IMG/VR virus record: IMGVR_UViG_3300032285_002448
Location: 1 to 62,057 of that record
Reading direction: 5' to 3' (one strand)
Length of the DNA: 62,057 nt
Source of the DNA: a virus
Taxonomy: Duplodnaviria; Caudoviricetes
Each line of letters opens with the position of its first letter. Position 1 is the first letter of the stretch. Positions 28,498 to 38,506 of this stretch are shown here, piece by piece. The notes under the pieces are model-generated. The model was not told the origin of the DNA, searched no databases, and worked only from the letters and a program-made list of their open reading frames with translations. The translations under genes and the position numbers were made by a program.

Positions 28498-29270
28498 ATT
28501 ACCTCCGTAATTACTAAATGAACTCGTGGAGTATCTCCATAGTTTATAACGGTATGTTCTATAGCTGTGGGGAAAAATTGCCAAGCCGTTCCTGCTGGCA
28601 TGTGCATTTTTACAGTTTCTGAAGTTGTTTTGAACAACCAATAAACGTTAGAGTTTGTTACTACAGGTATGTGATATCGCACAGGAGTTCTAGAGCTATC
28701 AATGTGGAAATTGTATCCTTCTTTAGAGTTGATCCACATGAATGCGGCTCTTCCTTTAAATGGCTGTCCATATGTAACTTTGTGAAAATCAAATATATCT
28801 TGTATTATCTTTTCAAGGTACGTGCCGTTTAGTTCTTCTAATAACTCTGTATAATCAGCAGGATTCACATCTTGAGCAAATATATGCTCAAATTGTCCTT
28901 TGTATTTTTTCCATCTATCCGGACCCGTTAGACCCGGCAAATGATTAAGATTCATATCCCATGCTATAGCTTTTATGTCAGGATCTATTTGTTTGTTTTT
29001 AAAATCTTCTGTCTTGATAAAATCTAAAAAGGTCATATTGGATTGTGAGAACAAAGTTGCTAACCTAGCTGACTCTTTAGCTTCTTCTTCAATGAATTGA
29101 TTATAATCTAAACCTAAATTAGAAAACAATTCATAAAAACTTTGTTCTAACAATGCTTGATCAACTGAAACGTCTATAGGAAATAGATAAGGTTTCATAA
29201 CATCAACTTCTCTGTAAGAGTTTAGCTGATCAATAGCATCTGCGTTTTGTCTTATTCCGTAGATTGTCAT
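28494..29270 (-). CDS. Aspartyl/asparaginyl beta-hydroxylase-like 2OG-Fe(II) oxygenase
   Basis: FHID...RYHIPVVTN...EHTVINYG.TPRVHLV. Confidence 0.75.
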   Translation of the reverse strand: MTIYGIRQNADAIDQLNSYREVDVMKPYLFPIDVSVDQALLEQSFYELFSNLGLDYNQFIEEEAKESARLATLFSQSNMTFLDFIKTEDFKNKQIDPDIKAIAWDMNLNHLPGLTGPDRWKKYKGQFEHIFAQDVNPADYTELLEELNGTYLEKIIQDIFDFHKVTYGQPFKGRAAFMWINSKEGYNFHIDSSRTPVRYHIPVVTNSNVYWLFKTTSETVKMHMPAGTAWQFFPTAIEHTVINYGDTPRVHLVITEVI

Positions 29271-29271
29271 A

Positions 29272-30426
29272 TTAATATAATTTACTAAAATCTAGTTCGC
29301 TAACATCATTAGAATATAATTGGTATCGAACTGGCGGATGATCTGGTAAGGTCATCTTTTTATTTGTTTCTATATCTCTTCTTATAACTTGATGTAAGAA
29401 ATTTGTTAGACCGTCGCTTGTAAAGTTACAATAAGGGCCACTACGCAACTCCTCCATGTGTATATCTGTTTCATCACACCATTGAATTAATCTAAATAAT
29501 TGCCCATCTATCTTCACCATTACATGATATATGTTATCGTCCCAGTTAGCTAACTCGAATGTTTTGTTATGTTTGGCGCACCAATCTTTAGTAATTTTAT
29601 AAATGTCACTCACGTACATACGCTCTTGTTCAGGATATCGTCCAATATCGCTTCCGTATCGTATTCTAAACATTACTGGGTTCCAATTACTTGATGTCGT
29701 TTCTTCAAGTATATCTTCTAACTCGCTAATGCTACTCATTGTGTAACTGATGTAGGCCAATGGCATGCCAAGTGTGTTTGCGTTTTCAATTGCAGTTATT
29801 TGTTTATTCCTAATAGTCTTATTGTCTAGGTAACTTGGATGATTCAATCCTATGCATAGCCCATATAATCCTGCTTGCTTACAACTTGATAAAAAATCTA
29901 TATCTGCAAACCTAATACCGTTAGTCATAACCAATAGCTCGTGCCACTTAAATGTATCTACTATTTGTTTAATTAACAAAATAAAATCTTTATGTAAACT
30001 TGCTTCTGCTCCTGCAAGCATTAATCCTGTTCCAGGACGATACCATTTTGCAATTTGATTGACTATTTCATCTACACTCTTATCAACAATTTTATTATCT
30101 GGCATATGATAGCAATGTGGGCAATCAGCATTGCATTTATCGCTAACTTCAAATAGTACACAGTTAGTTTCAAATTTGCTTTTATCTGGATTTAGCGTAG
30201 TTAAAAAATTATAGTCACGCTCTATCATATGATGACTAACTCCGTGAAGAACACAACTCTTTGATAACCACAGTTGATTATCTTTATGATATGTGTATGC
30301 AGGAATGTGTTGATGGCATTGATGGCACAAACTTACTGTAGGTGTTAATACTGTACCATCTATATTTGTCAATGCAACATCACAGTTGTTACTTGCAAAT
30401 TGATTGAATTTGGTTATAACATTCAT
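29272..30426 (-). CDS. Radical SAM protein with N-terminal CxxC...CxxHG metal-binding domain
   Basis: CNADCPHC (CxxxCxxC), LAGAEA and MTNG, plus N-terminal SLCHQCHQHIPA...SKSCVLHG. Confidence 0.88.
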   Translation of the reverse strand: MNVITKFNQFASNNCDVALTNIDGTVLTPTVSLCHQCHQHIPAYTYHKDNQLWLSKSCVLHGVSHHMIERDYNFLTTLNPDKSKFETNCVLFEVSDKCNADCPHCYHMPDNKIVDKSVDEIVNQIAKWYRPGTGLMLAGAEASLHKDFILLIKQIVDTFKWHELLVMTNGIRFADIDFLSSCKQAGLYGLCIGLNHPSYLDNKTIRNKQITAIENANTLGMPLAYISYTMSSISELEDILEETTSSNWNPVMFRIRYGSDIGRYPEQERMYVSDIYKITKDWCAKHNKTFELANWDDNIYHVMVKIDGQLFRLIQWCDETDIHMEELRSGPYCNFTSDGLTNFLHQVIRRDIETNKKMTLPDHPPVRYQLYSNDVSELDFSKLY

Positions 30427-31004
30427 ATTACTAATTCTTTAGTTAGAATATTATCTACAGAGCTTAACGGTACTTTAAAAATTAAATGAGCTCGTTCAGT
30501 AGTACCTTTGTTAATAGTCCCATGCGGAACAGTAGTGTTTACAAGATAAACGCTACCACATTCTAGTACAACTTCTTCGTCTTCGAATTGAAAATAACTG
30601 CTATCATTAGTTTCTATAGGAATATGTATCTTAACATGCTCTTCATCATTGTATAGTTCTTTATCAATGTGAAATTCTATTTGCGCACCAGGGCCGTGTG
30701 TAGTAATAACCATTTGCTTTGCGTAAGGGAAAGCGTCTAATAGTTTCTTAGCAAAACCAAACATCAAAGGAGTAGGTGTATCAAATTTATAATTAGATGC
30801 TTCTTCGCCGGGCGCATCATACGGAAAGCAAGGTTGGGTAGGATCAGCTAACTTAGTTTGCATTGCATAACTGTAACCATTTGGAAAAACCTTAGATCTA
30901 TATTCCATAGACTGGTAATCTTTCTTGATTGTCTTGTAAAAAGAAGTCAATTCATCAAAAGAAAATTTAATATTGGACAGTTTTTCAACGTTAAATGTCA
31001 GCAT
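30423..31004 (-). CDS. AspH-like 2OG-Fe(II) oxygenase
   Basis: FHID...KIHIPIETN...PHGTINKG.TERAHLI. Start MLTFNV lies 4 nt after TATAAATA. Confidence 0.75.
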   Translation of the reverse strand: MLTFNVEKLSNIKFSFDELTSFYKTIKKDYQSMEYRSKVFPNGYSYAMQTKLADPTQPCFPYDAPGEEASNYKFDTPTPLMFGFAKKLLDAFPYAKQMVITTHGPGAQIEFHIDKELYNDEEHVKIHIPIETNDSSYFQFEDEEVVLECGSVYLVNTTVPHGTINKGTTERAHLIFKVPLSSVDNILTKELVI

Positions 31005-31017
31005 GAAATATTTATAT
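30997..31017. repeat. 21-bp exact repeat, copy 1 (late promoter plus start codon unit)
   Basis: gtcagcatgaaatatttatat is identical at 41914-41934. The minus strand reads ATATAAATATTTC-ATG-CTG-AC. Confidence 0.8.
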
Positions 31018-31022
31018 AAGTA
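31009..31022. promoter_or_regulatory. Overlapping divergent T4-late-like promoters
   Basis: TATAAATA on minus (31016-31009, ATG 4 nt later) and TATAAGTA on plus (31015-31022, ATG 7 nt later). Confidence 0.65.
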
Positions 31023-31029
31023 CTTTACT

Positions 31030-31560
31030 ATGAAAATATTATGCACAGGCAATCCATCTAAGGGCATTGCACAATCTATACATAAATTATATCCAGACAC
31101 TACCTTTTTATCTAGGTCAAACGGATACGATTTAACTACACAAGACGGTATTGATAAATTTAAATCTATGTTGCCCGACTACGATGTGTTTATTAATCAT
31201 AGTCAACTAACAGGCCAAACACAACGCGACTTACTGACTTATGCAAGCGAAGCATGGTCTGAAGGATATGTTATTAATATAGGTAGTGTAATAGAATTTA
31301 AACGTTGGGAATGGTTAGAACCGACTGCCGCAGAAGAAAAAAGGCAACTAAGAGAACTTAGCTTAGAATTAAGCAGTCAGCATTTTAAAACTACTCATCT
31401 TATTGTTGGTGGACTGCAAAGCTGTAACGAAGATCCATTACGCATTCATACAGATCGTGTTGCAGAAACTATTAAATGGATTTTAGAAAATGAAAACCAC
31501 ATACCGTTAATATATGTGGATCATGTCAATGACGAATTGATAAAACGTTATCTCAAATAA
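31030..31560 (+). CDS. Truncated short-chain dehydrogenase/reductase-like protein
   Basis: KILCTGNPSKGIA, SRSNGYDL, DVFINHS and VINIGS. There is no clear YxxxK. Confidence 0.6.
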   Translation: MKILCTGNPSKGIAQSIHKLYPDTTFLSRSNGYDLTTQDGIDKFKSMLPDYDVFINHSQLTGQTQRDLLTYASEAWSEGYVINIGSVIEFKRWEWLEPTAAEEKRQLRELSLELSSQHFKTTHLIVGGLQSCNEDPLRIHTDRVAETIKWILENENHIPLIYVDHVNDELIKRYLK

Positions 31561-31880
31561 AGATTATAAAGATCTTTAGTAACTGTTATTTCTTCAGTGT
31601 TAACTGATACAGCTATTTTATTATATTGATTGTATCTAACTTTAATAGGTTCTTGATAAGCAATAACAGGATCTTTTATATAGTGTTGAAATGCTTCTTT
31701 ATTTTCAAACATCATTTCACAATATTCAGTCATCCTATCATCCGATAATGAAACTTGTAGTGCTATTAGATGTCCAGGGTCAACATGTTCTTCTTCTATA
31801 TAATCATACATGTCAGCATCGTATCTAAAAAACTCAATGTCTTTATTAAGACGCACTGACGTTGTAACTACTTTATACAT
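31548..31880 (-). CDS. Hypothetical protein
   Basis: ORF of about 110 aa coupled to the upstream gene. Confidence 0.6.
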   Translation of the reverse strand: MYKVVTTSVRLNKDIEFFRYDADMYDYIEEEHVDPGHLIALQVSLSDDRMTEYCEMMFENKEAFQHYIKDPVIAYQEPIKVRYNQYNKIAVSVNTEEITVTKDLYNLYLR

Positions 31881-32802
31881 TCTCTTCAACAGTAACGTAA
31901 TCTTTAGTTGTTAAAATACAAGTAACCATCATGTCATCGTTGTAGCGATTTTCAATTCCAACCCAGTTGTGAGGTTTGGTAGGATCTAATGCTTTGCCAA
32001 TACAGATCCAAGGACGTGGAACAAAGTTTTCTTTAGTATAGGTGCCGTACTTGACATGTAGAGTATCTTCTACACGAGCAACACGAGGATCAAACATATT
32101 AAAAGCATTACAGTATGCTACCTGGTAACCTTGAGCCAATGCAGTTAGACCAATTCGAGCATACAAATCGCCCATGTCAAACCAGTAACTTGTATCATAT
32201 TGCTCAGGCGGTACGCTAATCATCATAGGTGTTGTAACCATCTGTGGAGGGCGAATGTGTCCGTTAACATCACCAGCTGATCCCCAATAGATAGCCAATG
32301 CCGCTAATTTTTTACGGACATCTGCATCAGTTACAATGATCTTATATCCTGCACGTTTAGATAAAAACTCATCAATTAAACTGTTAATTTTATCAGTAGT
32401 AACTGGATCAACTGCTACTTCTGAATTAAATGTACGATGTGCATGTTTTAGTTTTTCTTGCTTTTCCTCGCCAACATATTCTTCTAGATCAACACGTTCC
32501 ATTAGAACTTCAGCGCCATCTGCTGAGTTCTTCCATGCATACGCAATATTGTTTTCATGTAGGAAGTATCGTAAACTACCAACTGCTAATCCAATATGTT
32601 GCCATTTCTCAAAAGTATGCACATGCTCGGGCATAAATGCTTCATTTTCTCTACGGGGATCTAACATTAAAAATTCGTCTGTTAACGTGAATTTAACGCT
32701 AATCTTATCAGCAGTTTGGTTAATGTCAACAGCATAAAATGTGCGGCCACAACGAACTGGGGCAAGATAGACAAGTTTTTTAACTGTTTTTAATAGGCTC
32801 AT
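31873..32802 (-). CDS. Nitroreductase-like fold protein (tentative)
   Basis: HRTF near the domain start, then DMG....IGLTALAQGY..AYCNAF...ICIGK, resembling the nitroreductase C-terminal pattern. Confidence 0.45.
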   Translation of the reverse strand: MSLLKTVKKLVYLAPVRCGRTFYAVDINQTADKISVKFTLTDEFLMLDPRRENEAFMPEHVHTFEKWQHIGLAVGSLRYFLHENNIAYAWKNSADGAEVLMERVDLEEYVGEEKQEKLKHAHRTFNSEVAVDPVTTDKINSLIDEFLSKRAGYKIIVTDADVRKKLAALAIYWGSAGDVNGHIRPPQMVTTPMMISVPPEQYDTSYWFDMGDLYARIGLTALAQGYQVAYCNAFNMFDPRVARVEDTLHVKYGTYTKENFVPRPWICIGKALDPTKPHNWVGIENRYNDDMMVTCILTTKDYVTVEENV

Positions 32803-32827
32803 ATTGAACTCCGGTAATTTATAGTGA

Positions 32828-32847
32828 TATTTATCACTATATAAGTA
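32828..32847. promoter_or_regulatory. Divergent late-like promoter pair
   Basis: TAAATA on minus (32833-32828) and TATAAGTA on plus (32840-32847, ATG 5 nt later). Confidence 0.6.
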
Positions 32848-32852
32848 GTAGT

Positions 32853-33506
32853 ATGGACCACAAAGATTACTATGTTTCAGACGCTAAATTCTTAAAACTA
32901 GGAATAGATGTTCCTTACGAATCTATGCTTAAAGAAGCACAAGCACTAAAACACAGGTTTACAGATCATAGAGGTGGTGAGGATGTACATAAAGGCTGGA
33001 AGTCCCTAGCATTATACGGACTAGGAGAGGATTTGCACGAAAGCTGGCAAGACTATGGATACTCTAGTGCTGTTGAGGCCGCCAAGGATTTTAAATGGAC
33101 TCCGGCTGCTACAGAATGTCCTACTATCATGCATTTTTTGCATAACACGTTTCCTTGTAAGCGATACGGAAGGGTTAGGCTTATGCTTGTAGAAGCAGGC
33201 GGTTGGATTGGTCCGCACAGTGATACCAAACACAGATTATTAGAAAACATCAATATATCATTAAGCAATCCCAAAGGTTGCATTTGGCGTTGGGAGGACG
33301 GTGAGGAACTGTTCATGGAACCTGGGGGCGCCTATGCTATGAATATTAGCTATGAGCATAGCATATACAATCGTAGTACCGAAGATCGATTTCATTTAAT
33401 TGTAGCAAGACACGATTCTACTGACGATTGGAAAGCATTAATTGATCAGGCGGCGTCTAATTCTAATGTCAAAGGACATTACATTCAACACGAAATCGCT
33501 GTTTAA
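32853..33506 (+). CDS. AspH-like 2OG-Fe(II) oxygenase
   Basis: WKSLAL, RVRLMLVEAGGWIGPHSD, EHSIYNRS and DRFHLIV. Confidence 0.8.
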   Translation: MDHKDYYVSDAKFLKLGIDVPYESMLKEAQALKHRFTDHRGGEDVHKGWKSLALYGLGEDLHESWQDYGYSSAVEAAKDFKWTPAATECPTIMHFLHNTFPCKRYGRVRLMLVEAGGWIGPHSDTKHRLLENINISLSNPKGCIWRWEDGEELFMEPGGAYAMNISYEHSIYNRSTEDRFHLIVARHDSTDDWKALIDQAASNSNVKGHYIQHEIAV

Positions 33507-34927
33507 CCTAACATCCTAGGACTGTGCCAATCAGTACTGTGCCAAGGAGTTTTCTTTAGCAAATTAATATCAGTTAAATCAAAACTACTAATTGGTCCAT
33601 TTGACACTTGTTGTACAGGATAGTATCCATCTGCAGATCGTGAAGTCATCATAACATTAATGTTAGGATCTATTTGTTTTAGCTTGTTAATTAATTTGTT
33701 TTCGCAAGTTACACGATACTTTAGACTCTGCGTAGCGGTATAAGGACTGTGTGTAAAAACATCACTTAGATTTAAAAGTGTGCGCTTGTTGGGTTCAATC
33801 CAATTAAGATCATATGTTGACATGTAATCAATTAAAACATATTCAAACTTTAAAGATTTAATCTTAGCCCATAACTCTTGCCAGTTGTCATGTTTGCTAA
33901 TAAAACTTTCCCATTCTTTCTTAGTATATTCTATGTAAGCATCGATGTCGTTGTATGTGCCAACAGGAATTATAGGTAAGTGTGCCCGATAAAATTCAGC
34001 GTAGTTAGTACCGTCCCATTCCTCAACCATAGCTTTCATAAATTGAAGCGTATTGTGATTAATGTCAGTAAAGATGACTTTTGTATTTGGAGTAATTCCT
34101 ATGCGTTCTAAATAGGTAATCCAGTAGACTCCAATACCTACAGTAATATATTGTTCTACAGGACCATCAAAGGGAATATGGTCTTTGAACTGATCACTAT
34201 TCCAACTGGCATAAAAATTATTGCAAAAGAATTGATTATGATATATGTCGCTCATCATTCTAAGAAAAACATGATCGTGTTCGTAATACAAATATTTCTT
34301 GTTGTTACGAATATCTTCCCCTAGATCTATGATTGTTTTATTGTGTGCTAATGCTGTTGATATAATGTTCCAACCGTGGCATTTCATTGCGTATTCTTTA
34401 TTAGTAGTTCCGGGCTTAATCCAAGCCGCTACTTCATGATCGTTGTACAAGCATTCTGTACTGCGTAATGGTTCTGTTTGAATATGTGGAATGTCTTGTT
34501 GTTTGCCTATACTAGGAAATCCTAATTGTTTATAATCTTCTAGCTGTACAATGTAAAACTGATGATGCAATTCATAATAACCATTCTTCCAGTAAGACTG
34601 TTCGTTTCTTTCTAATATGTGTCCTGCAACAAAGAAATCTTGTTTACATATTTTTTCTATAGCCGGAAATATTCTGTCACTTAATCCTAGGCTCATTCCC
34701 ATTGCAATGACTACGGCATGTGAGTACTCTTGAGAACTCGCAAAAGTCAATAGTTCATCTTCATCTTTGCCTATAAAAATATCATATCCTTTAGTAGCAA
34801 ATCTATGTACAAGGAAGTCGCTAATATTAATTGATACTTCAGTTGCCCAGCCGCTTTGGTATAGATCTCTATTATCTATAATGCAGATTACAATAGGGTT
34901 AGTGTTTGTCTGATTGAATACTACCAT
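33503..34927 (-). CDS. Hypothetical protein
   Basis: 474-aa ORF with no motif I can assign confidently. Confidence 0.75.
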   Translation of the reverse strand: MVVFNQTNTNPIVICIIDNRDLYQSGWATEVSINISDFLVHRFATKGYDIFIGKDEDELLTFASSQEYSHAVVIAMGMSLGLSDRIFPAIEKICKQDFFVAGHILERNEQSYWKNGYYELHHQFYIVQLEDYKQLGFPSIGKQQDIPHIQTEPLRSTECLYNDHEVAAWIKPGTTNKEYAMKCHGWNIISTALAHNKTIIDLGEDIRNNKKYLYYEHDHVFLRMMSDIYHNQFFCNNFYASWNSDQFKDHIPFDGPVEQYITVGIGVYWITYLERIGITPNTKVIFTDINHNTLQFMKAMVEEWDGTNYAEFYRAHLPIIPVGTYNDIDAYIEYTKKEWESFISKHDNWQELWAKIKSLKFEYVLIDYMSTYDLNWIEPNKRTLLNLSDVFTHSPYTATQSLKYRVTCENKLINKLKQIDPNINVMMTSRSADGYYPVQQVSNGPISSFDLTDINLLKKTPWHSTDWHSPRMLG

Positions 34928-35469
34928 TTCTTAACTTTATCTAGTTGATCCAAGAACACATCTTTGTTTAGTTTCCAAAAGGTCTGTACATGTCCTCTAT
35001 ATTCTTTGCTAACTGCTAATGTCAAGCAACCTGTTAGTGCTAACGAAGGACCCCATACTGTATGAACTAATCGTTGTGTTCCTATTTCGCTAGGGTGTGT
35101 TGTTATATACATATCGCCTTCCCCTACCCACTCAATACATTGAGGGATAAAGAACTGTGCAGTTACGTTTTGATGTGATGTTATACCTTCTCTAGTGCGT
35201 AAATGATCTATGGGCATCATATCAGTAAACGCACAGGTCCTTGCACATATACGGTATGCGTTATCTCCTAGCTCAGGTAGTGAATGGGCGCCTACTGTGC
35301 CTACGGCGGTATTATTGTAGTAAAGAACCCACACGCACCATTTGTCTTCCTTTGCTAAACTATCAACAAGCATCTTTTGTGTAGCGTTATTAACAAAGCC
35401 TCTGCGCTCTGCCTCAGCATAAAAATCAGAAAGATCTAAGTCTTCTGACCAAGGCATCATTTTATACAT
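34921..35469 (-). CDS. GNAT-like acetyltransferase (tentative)
   Basis: WVLYYNNTAVGTVGAH...YRICART beta-strand pattern, and a size typical of a GNAT. Confidence 0.4.
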   Translation of the reverse strand: MYKMMPWSEDLDLSDFYAEAERRGFVNNATQKMLVDSLAKEDKWCVWVLYYNNTAVGTVGAHSLPELGDNAYRICARTCAFTDMMPIDHLRTREGITSHQNVTAQFFIPQCIEWVGEGDMYITTHPSEIGTQRLVHTVWGPSLALTGCLTLAVSKEYRGHVQTFWKLNKDVFLDQLDKVKKW

Positions 35470-36146
35470 CTTGCTTGCTCAATAAAGTCTGCAGGATACA
35501 TATTGCTAAAGCTATCCCAGCACAGTTGCTCTAAAACATCTAGCGGTTGCTTTTCATTCCAATCAATACCTTTTGATTCTGTGTACTTTTTCATTTCTTG
35601 CTGTCTATTAGAATGTATATGACTTGAATGATCAGCAATACTAATAGGACCTTCATCACTGCTATAGGTAAAAAAATAATTAATACTTTTTAGTTTACCA
35701 TCTACTACAAAGTAACTACTAGGGTGCATACTATACTTGTACCACCCTCTAGCCTTATGTGCTCCAATAATAGCAAACATTTGCTCTTGCCAATCAGGTA
35801 ACACAGCATCATACCCGCCTTCATCTATACTACGTTGCCAAAAGTCTGGACCGTCTATTTCTAAATAGATTTTACGATCCGGAATGTTTACCTCTTTAAT
35901 TTTAGGAACCATATCTGGATTATGCCAAGCCATATTGCTGAGGAAGTGTAATTCTCTTTGGAACTTTGCTTTCATTAATTGTGGATCTACAACTTCGTTT
36001 TGACCTTGATGGTATTCAGTATCATTGTTGTACCATTGTACAAATGTCTTTTTATCATCAGATATCAAGCTGGTGTAGATTAAATTATTACGACAAAGAC
36101 CTTTGCCAGGCACATTATTATAGTAGTAGTTTAATTTTAGGTCCAT
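35457..36146 (-). CDS. Degenerate protein-kinase-like fold protein (paralog 2)
   Basis: NNLIYTSLIS, FQRELHFL, VPKI, IYLE, PDWQEQM, YKYSMHPSSYF and KSINYF. Start MDLKLN lies 4 nt after a TAATTA box. Confidence 0.55.
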   Translation of the reverse strand: MDLKLNYYYNNVPGKGLCRNNLIYTSLISDDKKTFVQWYNNDTEYHQGQNEVVDPQLMKAKFQRELHFLSNMAWHNPDMVPKIKEVNIPDRKIYLEIDGPDFWQRSIDEGGYDAVLPDWQEQMFAIIGAHKARGWYKYSMHPSSYFVVDGKLKSINYFFTYSSDEGPISIADHSSHIHSNRQQEMKKYTESKGIDWNEKQPLDVLEQLCWDSFSNMYPADFIEQARCIK

Positions 36147-36150
36147 ACTG

Positions 36151-36165
36151 TAATTATCATAAATA
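36151..36165. promoter_or_regulatory. Divergent late-like promoter pair
   Basis: TAATTA (36151-36156) is 4 nt before the minus ATG at 36146. TAAATA (36160-36165) is 6 nt before the plus ATG at 36172. Confidence 0.6.
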
Positions 36166-36171
36166 TTTTCC

Positions 36172-37215
36172 ATGAATAAGATATCCGATACTGTATCACT
36201 ATGTGAACATTGTTATAGGCATATACCTGCTGTAACATTTCAAAAAGACGGATCAGTATGGATAGGTAAAACCTGTAAAGAGCATGGCTACTTGGAACAC
36301 CTAGTTGAACCAGATGCTAACTTTTATATTAACTATCAATATACAAAAAAGACACATACTGCATACTTTATTGAAGTTACTAACAAATGCAATTTAGCAT
36401 GCCCTCATTGTTATCAACTACCAGATAACACAAGTGCTGACCCAGACATCGATTATATATTAACGCAAATTAAGTCATGGCCAGATGATGGTTATGTTAT
36501 ATCATTAGCAGGGGCAGAACCTACTACACGAAAAGACTTAGACGTATTGATTAGGCGCATACAATCATTGCCTGGAAAGCCGCGCACTATTATTGTGTTG
36601 ACAAATGCAGTGAACATGTCTAAAATTGAATATGCACAAAAGTTTGTAGGACTTGAAAACGTGTTTTGGACGATAGGTCTGAACCATCCTGATTATCAAG
36701 GACACACAGTTCGTGCTAAACAAATGCAGGGCATTAAAAACTGTGTTGACTTAGGACTATCGATTAAGAATATTAGTTACACACTTGAAGGACTACATCA
36801 GCTAGAAGATTGCCTAGTTGAAATACAAGAGTTTTACCCAACAACATGTGAACGATTTAGAATACGAGTTGGCGCTGACATTGGTCGTAATCCAGAAGGT
36901 GATCAAATATATCTAAGTCAATTGGTTAGTGCAGTTAAAGACACATGTACTAAACGCAACTGGTCGTACAGTGAAGATATGGCAAACGGAATCAGAGCGC
37001 ACTTCCCTGTTTATGTAAACGGCGTTAATATAAAATTAATACAATGGCCAGACGCTACTACTATAGATTTAGAGGAAACTCAAACAGAAACTTGGGCTGA
37101 TATAATTCCCGGAAAACCTATTAGTCCGTTAGTGCATCAAGTTATGCTCAGGGATCATTTGATCAATAATAAAAATATATTGCTAGATACCGTACCAGAA
37201 AAATACAGAAGATGA
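36172..37215 (+). CDS. Radical SAM protein with N-terminal CxxC...CxxHG domain (paralog of 29272..30426)
   Basis: CNLACPHC, LAGAEPT, LTNA, IGLNHP, FRIRVGADIGR and LIQW, plus N-terminal SLCEHCYRHIPA...KTCKEHG. Confidence 0.9.
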   Translation: MNKISDTVSLCEHCYRHIPAVTFQKDGSVWIGKTCKEHGYLEHLVEPDANFYINYQYTKKTHTAYFIEVTNKCNLACPHCYQLPDNTSADPDIDYILTQIKSWPDDGYVISLAGAEPTTRKDLDVLIRRIQSLPGKPRTIIVLTNAVNMSKIEYAQKFVGLENVFWTIGLNHPDYQGHTVRAKQMQGIKNCVDLGLSIKNISYTLEGLHQLEDCLVEIQEFYPTTCERFRIRVGADIGRNPEGDQIYLSQLVSAVKDTCTKRNWSYSEDMANGIRAHFPVYVNGVNIKLIQWPDATTIDLEETQTETWADIIPGKPISPLVHQVMLRDHLINNKNILLDTVPEKYRR

Positions 37216-38012
37216 TAAAAGGAATTAACAATCAACCATACATTGATATGGCTTCATATCTCAATATGGCAGAGTTTGATAAACTACAGCCAGAGATTAT
37301 CCGCGGATTTGCAGAAGCAAGAGAATTTGCTAAAGAAGGTACATGGATGAAGCCTGGCTTCACATTCAACGATATGAGCTACAAACTACATTGGAAGCCT
37401 ATATATCAAGCTATGGAGGAATTCATGGAATTGCCTAAAGACGATCCTATCTACGCTGGCGGCATAGATATGTTTAAAGACTTTAATGACTATAAACAGC
37501 GTAACAAATTTACACGCTATTTAAAAATGGCTATGGGCGCATACGATCCTTACATATACTATTTCCTATGGGAAGAAGGTTCTTGGGATGACCGGACTGC
37601 TCCACGTAAACTTACTGAAGAAGCCGCATACTTTCCTAATGTTGTTAAATGGGTTGAGCAGTTGCAAGGAACTATATTTGAACACATTGGCCGTGTAATA
37701 TTCTTTCATTGTGAAGCAGACGGCATTCCATTTGAACACAGAGATTTAGACGCTAAGAACGGTATTGATGTAGTTAAGCCACATCGTAACGAATTTATAC
37801 ACATTCGCCCTAACACAAAGAAAGCATTTTATATTTGGGATCCAGAGTCTAAAAACAAAGTGTATCTTAATACTCGTGCCGCTTGGTGGAATGATGTCGA
37901 CTGGCACGGTGGTGAACAGATTATGGAACAAAGTTATAGTCTACGCATTGACGGCAAATTTACAGACGCTTTCCGTAAGCAGTTGGGTGTTGATCATATA
38001 GAGAGTTACTAA
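37212..38012 (+). CDS. Putative 2OG-Fe(II)/cupin oxygenase
   Basis: GRVIFF...FEHRD...FIH...DWHGG...SLRIDG (HxD...H). Confidence 0.55.
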   Translation: MIKGINNQPYIDMASYLNMAEFDKLQPEIIRGFAEAREFAKEGTWMKPGFTFNDMSYKLHWKPIYQAMEEFMELPKDDPIYAGGIDMFKDFNDYKQRNKFTRYLKMAMGAYDPYIYYFLWEEGSWDDRTAPRKLTEEAAYFPNVVKWVEQLQGTIFEHIGRVIFFHCEADGIPFEHRDLDAKNGIDVVKPHRNEFIHIRPNTKKAFYIWDPESKNKVYLNTRAAWWNDVDWHGGEQIMEQSYSLRIDGKFTDAFRKQLGVDHIESY

Positions 38013-38506
38013 TGGAATACATAGGAAACTACTCAGACTGGATACAGCCCGAGTGGGTTGATTATTTGTTAACTGATCCTGGCTATCCACGCCCGGGAGA
38101 TAAAGTATTAGAAAATAGCTTTGAAGAAAGCCAAAACAATTCTGTTGCTAATCACGGATACGAACAACGAGTATATTGGCATAAGTTTATTCCGGAAAAC
38201 TTTCCGTTTGATATAACAATGCCAACAGGAGAACAGCCAATCTTATGGTGGTTTGTTAAGCTACTTCCAGGTAATTTAATACCCATGCACACTGACCAAG
38301 AAGAAGAAATTGGTAACCAAACTAATCTATACTGGATGAGCCTTACAGACTATGAGCCAGGCCATATATTTGTATGCAAAGACCAGCTGTTAACAAATTA
38401 CAAAAAAGGCGATCTATTTAAATTGGATCATGCAAACGACTTACACGGATCTTGTAATATAGGTTTTACTCCACGTGTTATTTTTAATTTTACTACACAA
38501 AAATGA
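38012..38506 (+). CDS. Small AspH-like/cupin oxygenase, tandem paralog 1
   Basis: YIGNY, WWFVKLLPGNLIPMHTD, DYEPGHIF and LHGSCNIG..PR. Confidence 0.65.
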   Translation: MEYIGNYSDWIQPEWVDYLLTDPGYPRPGDKVLENSFEESQNNSVANHGYEQRVYWHKFIPENFPFDITMPTGEQPILWWFVKLLPGNLIPMHTDQEEEIGNQTNLYWMSLTDYEPGHIFVCKDQLLTNYKKGDLFKLDHANDLHGSCNIGFTPRVIFNFTTQK

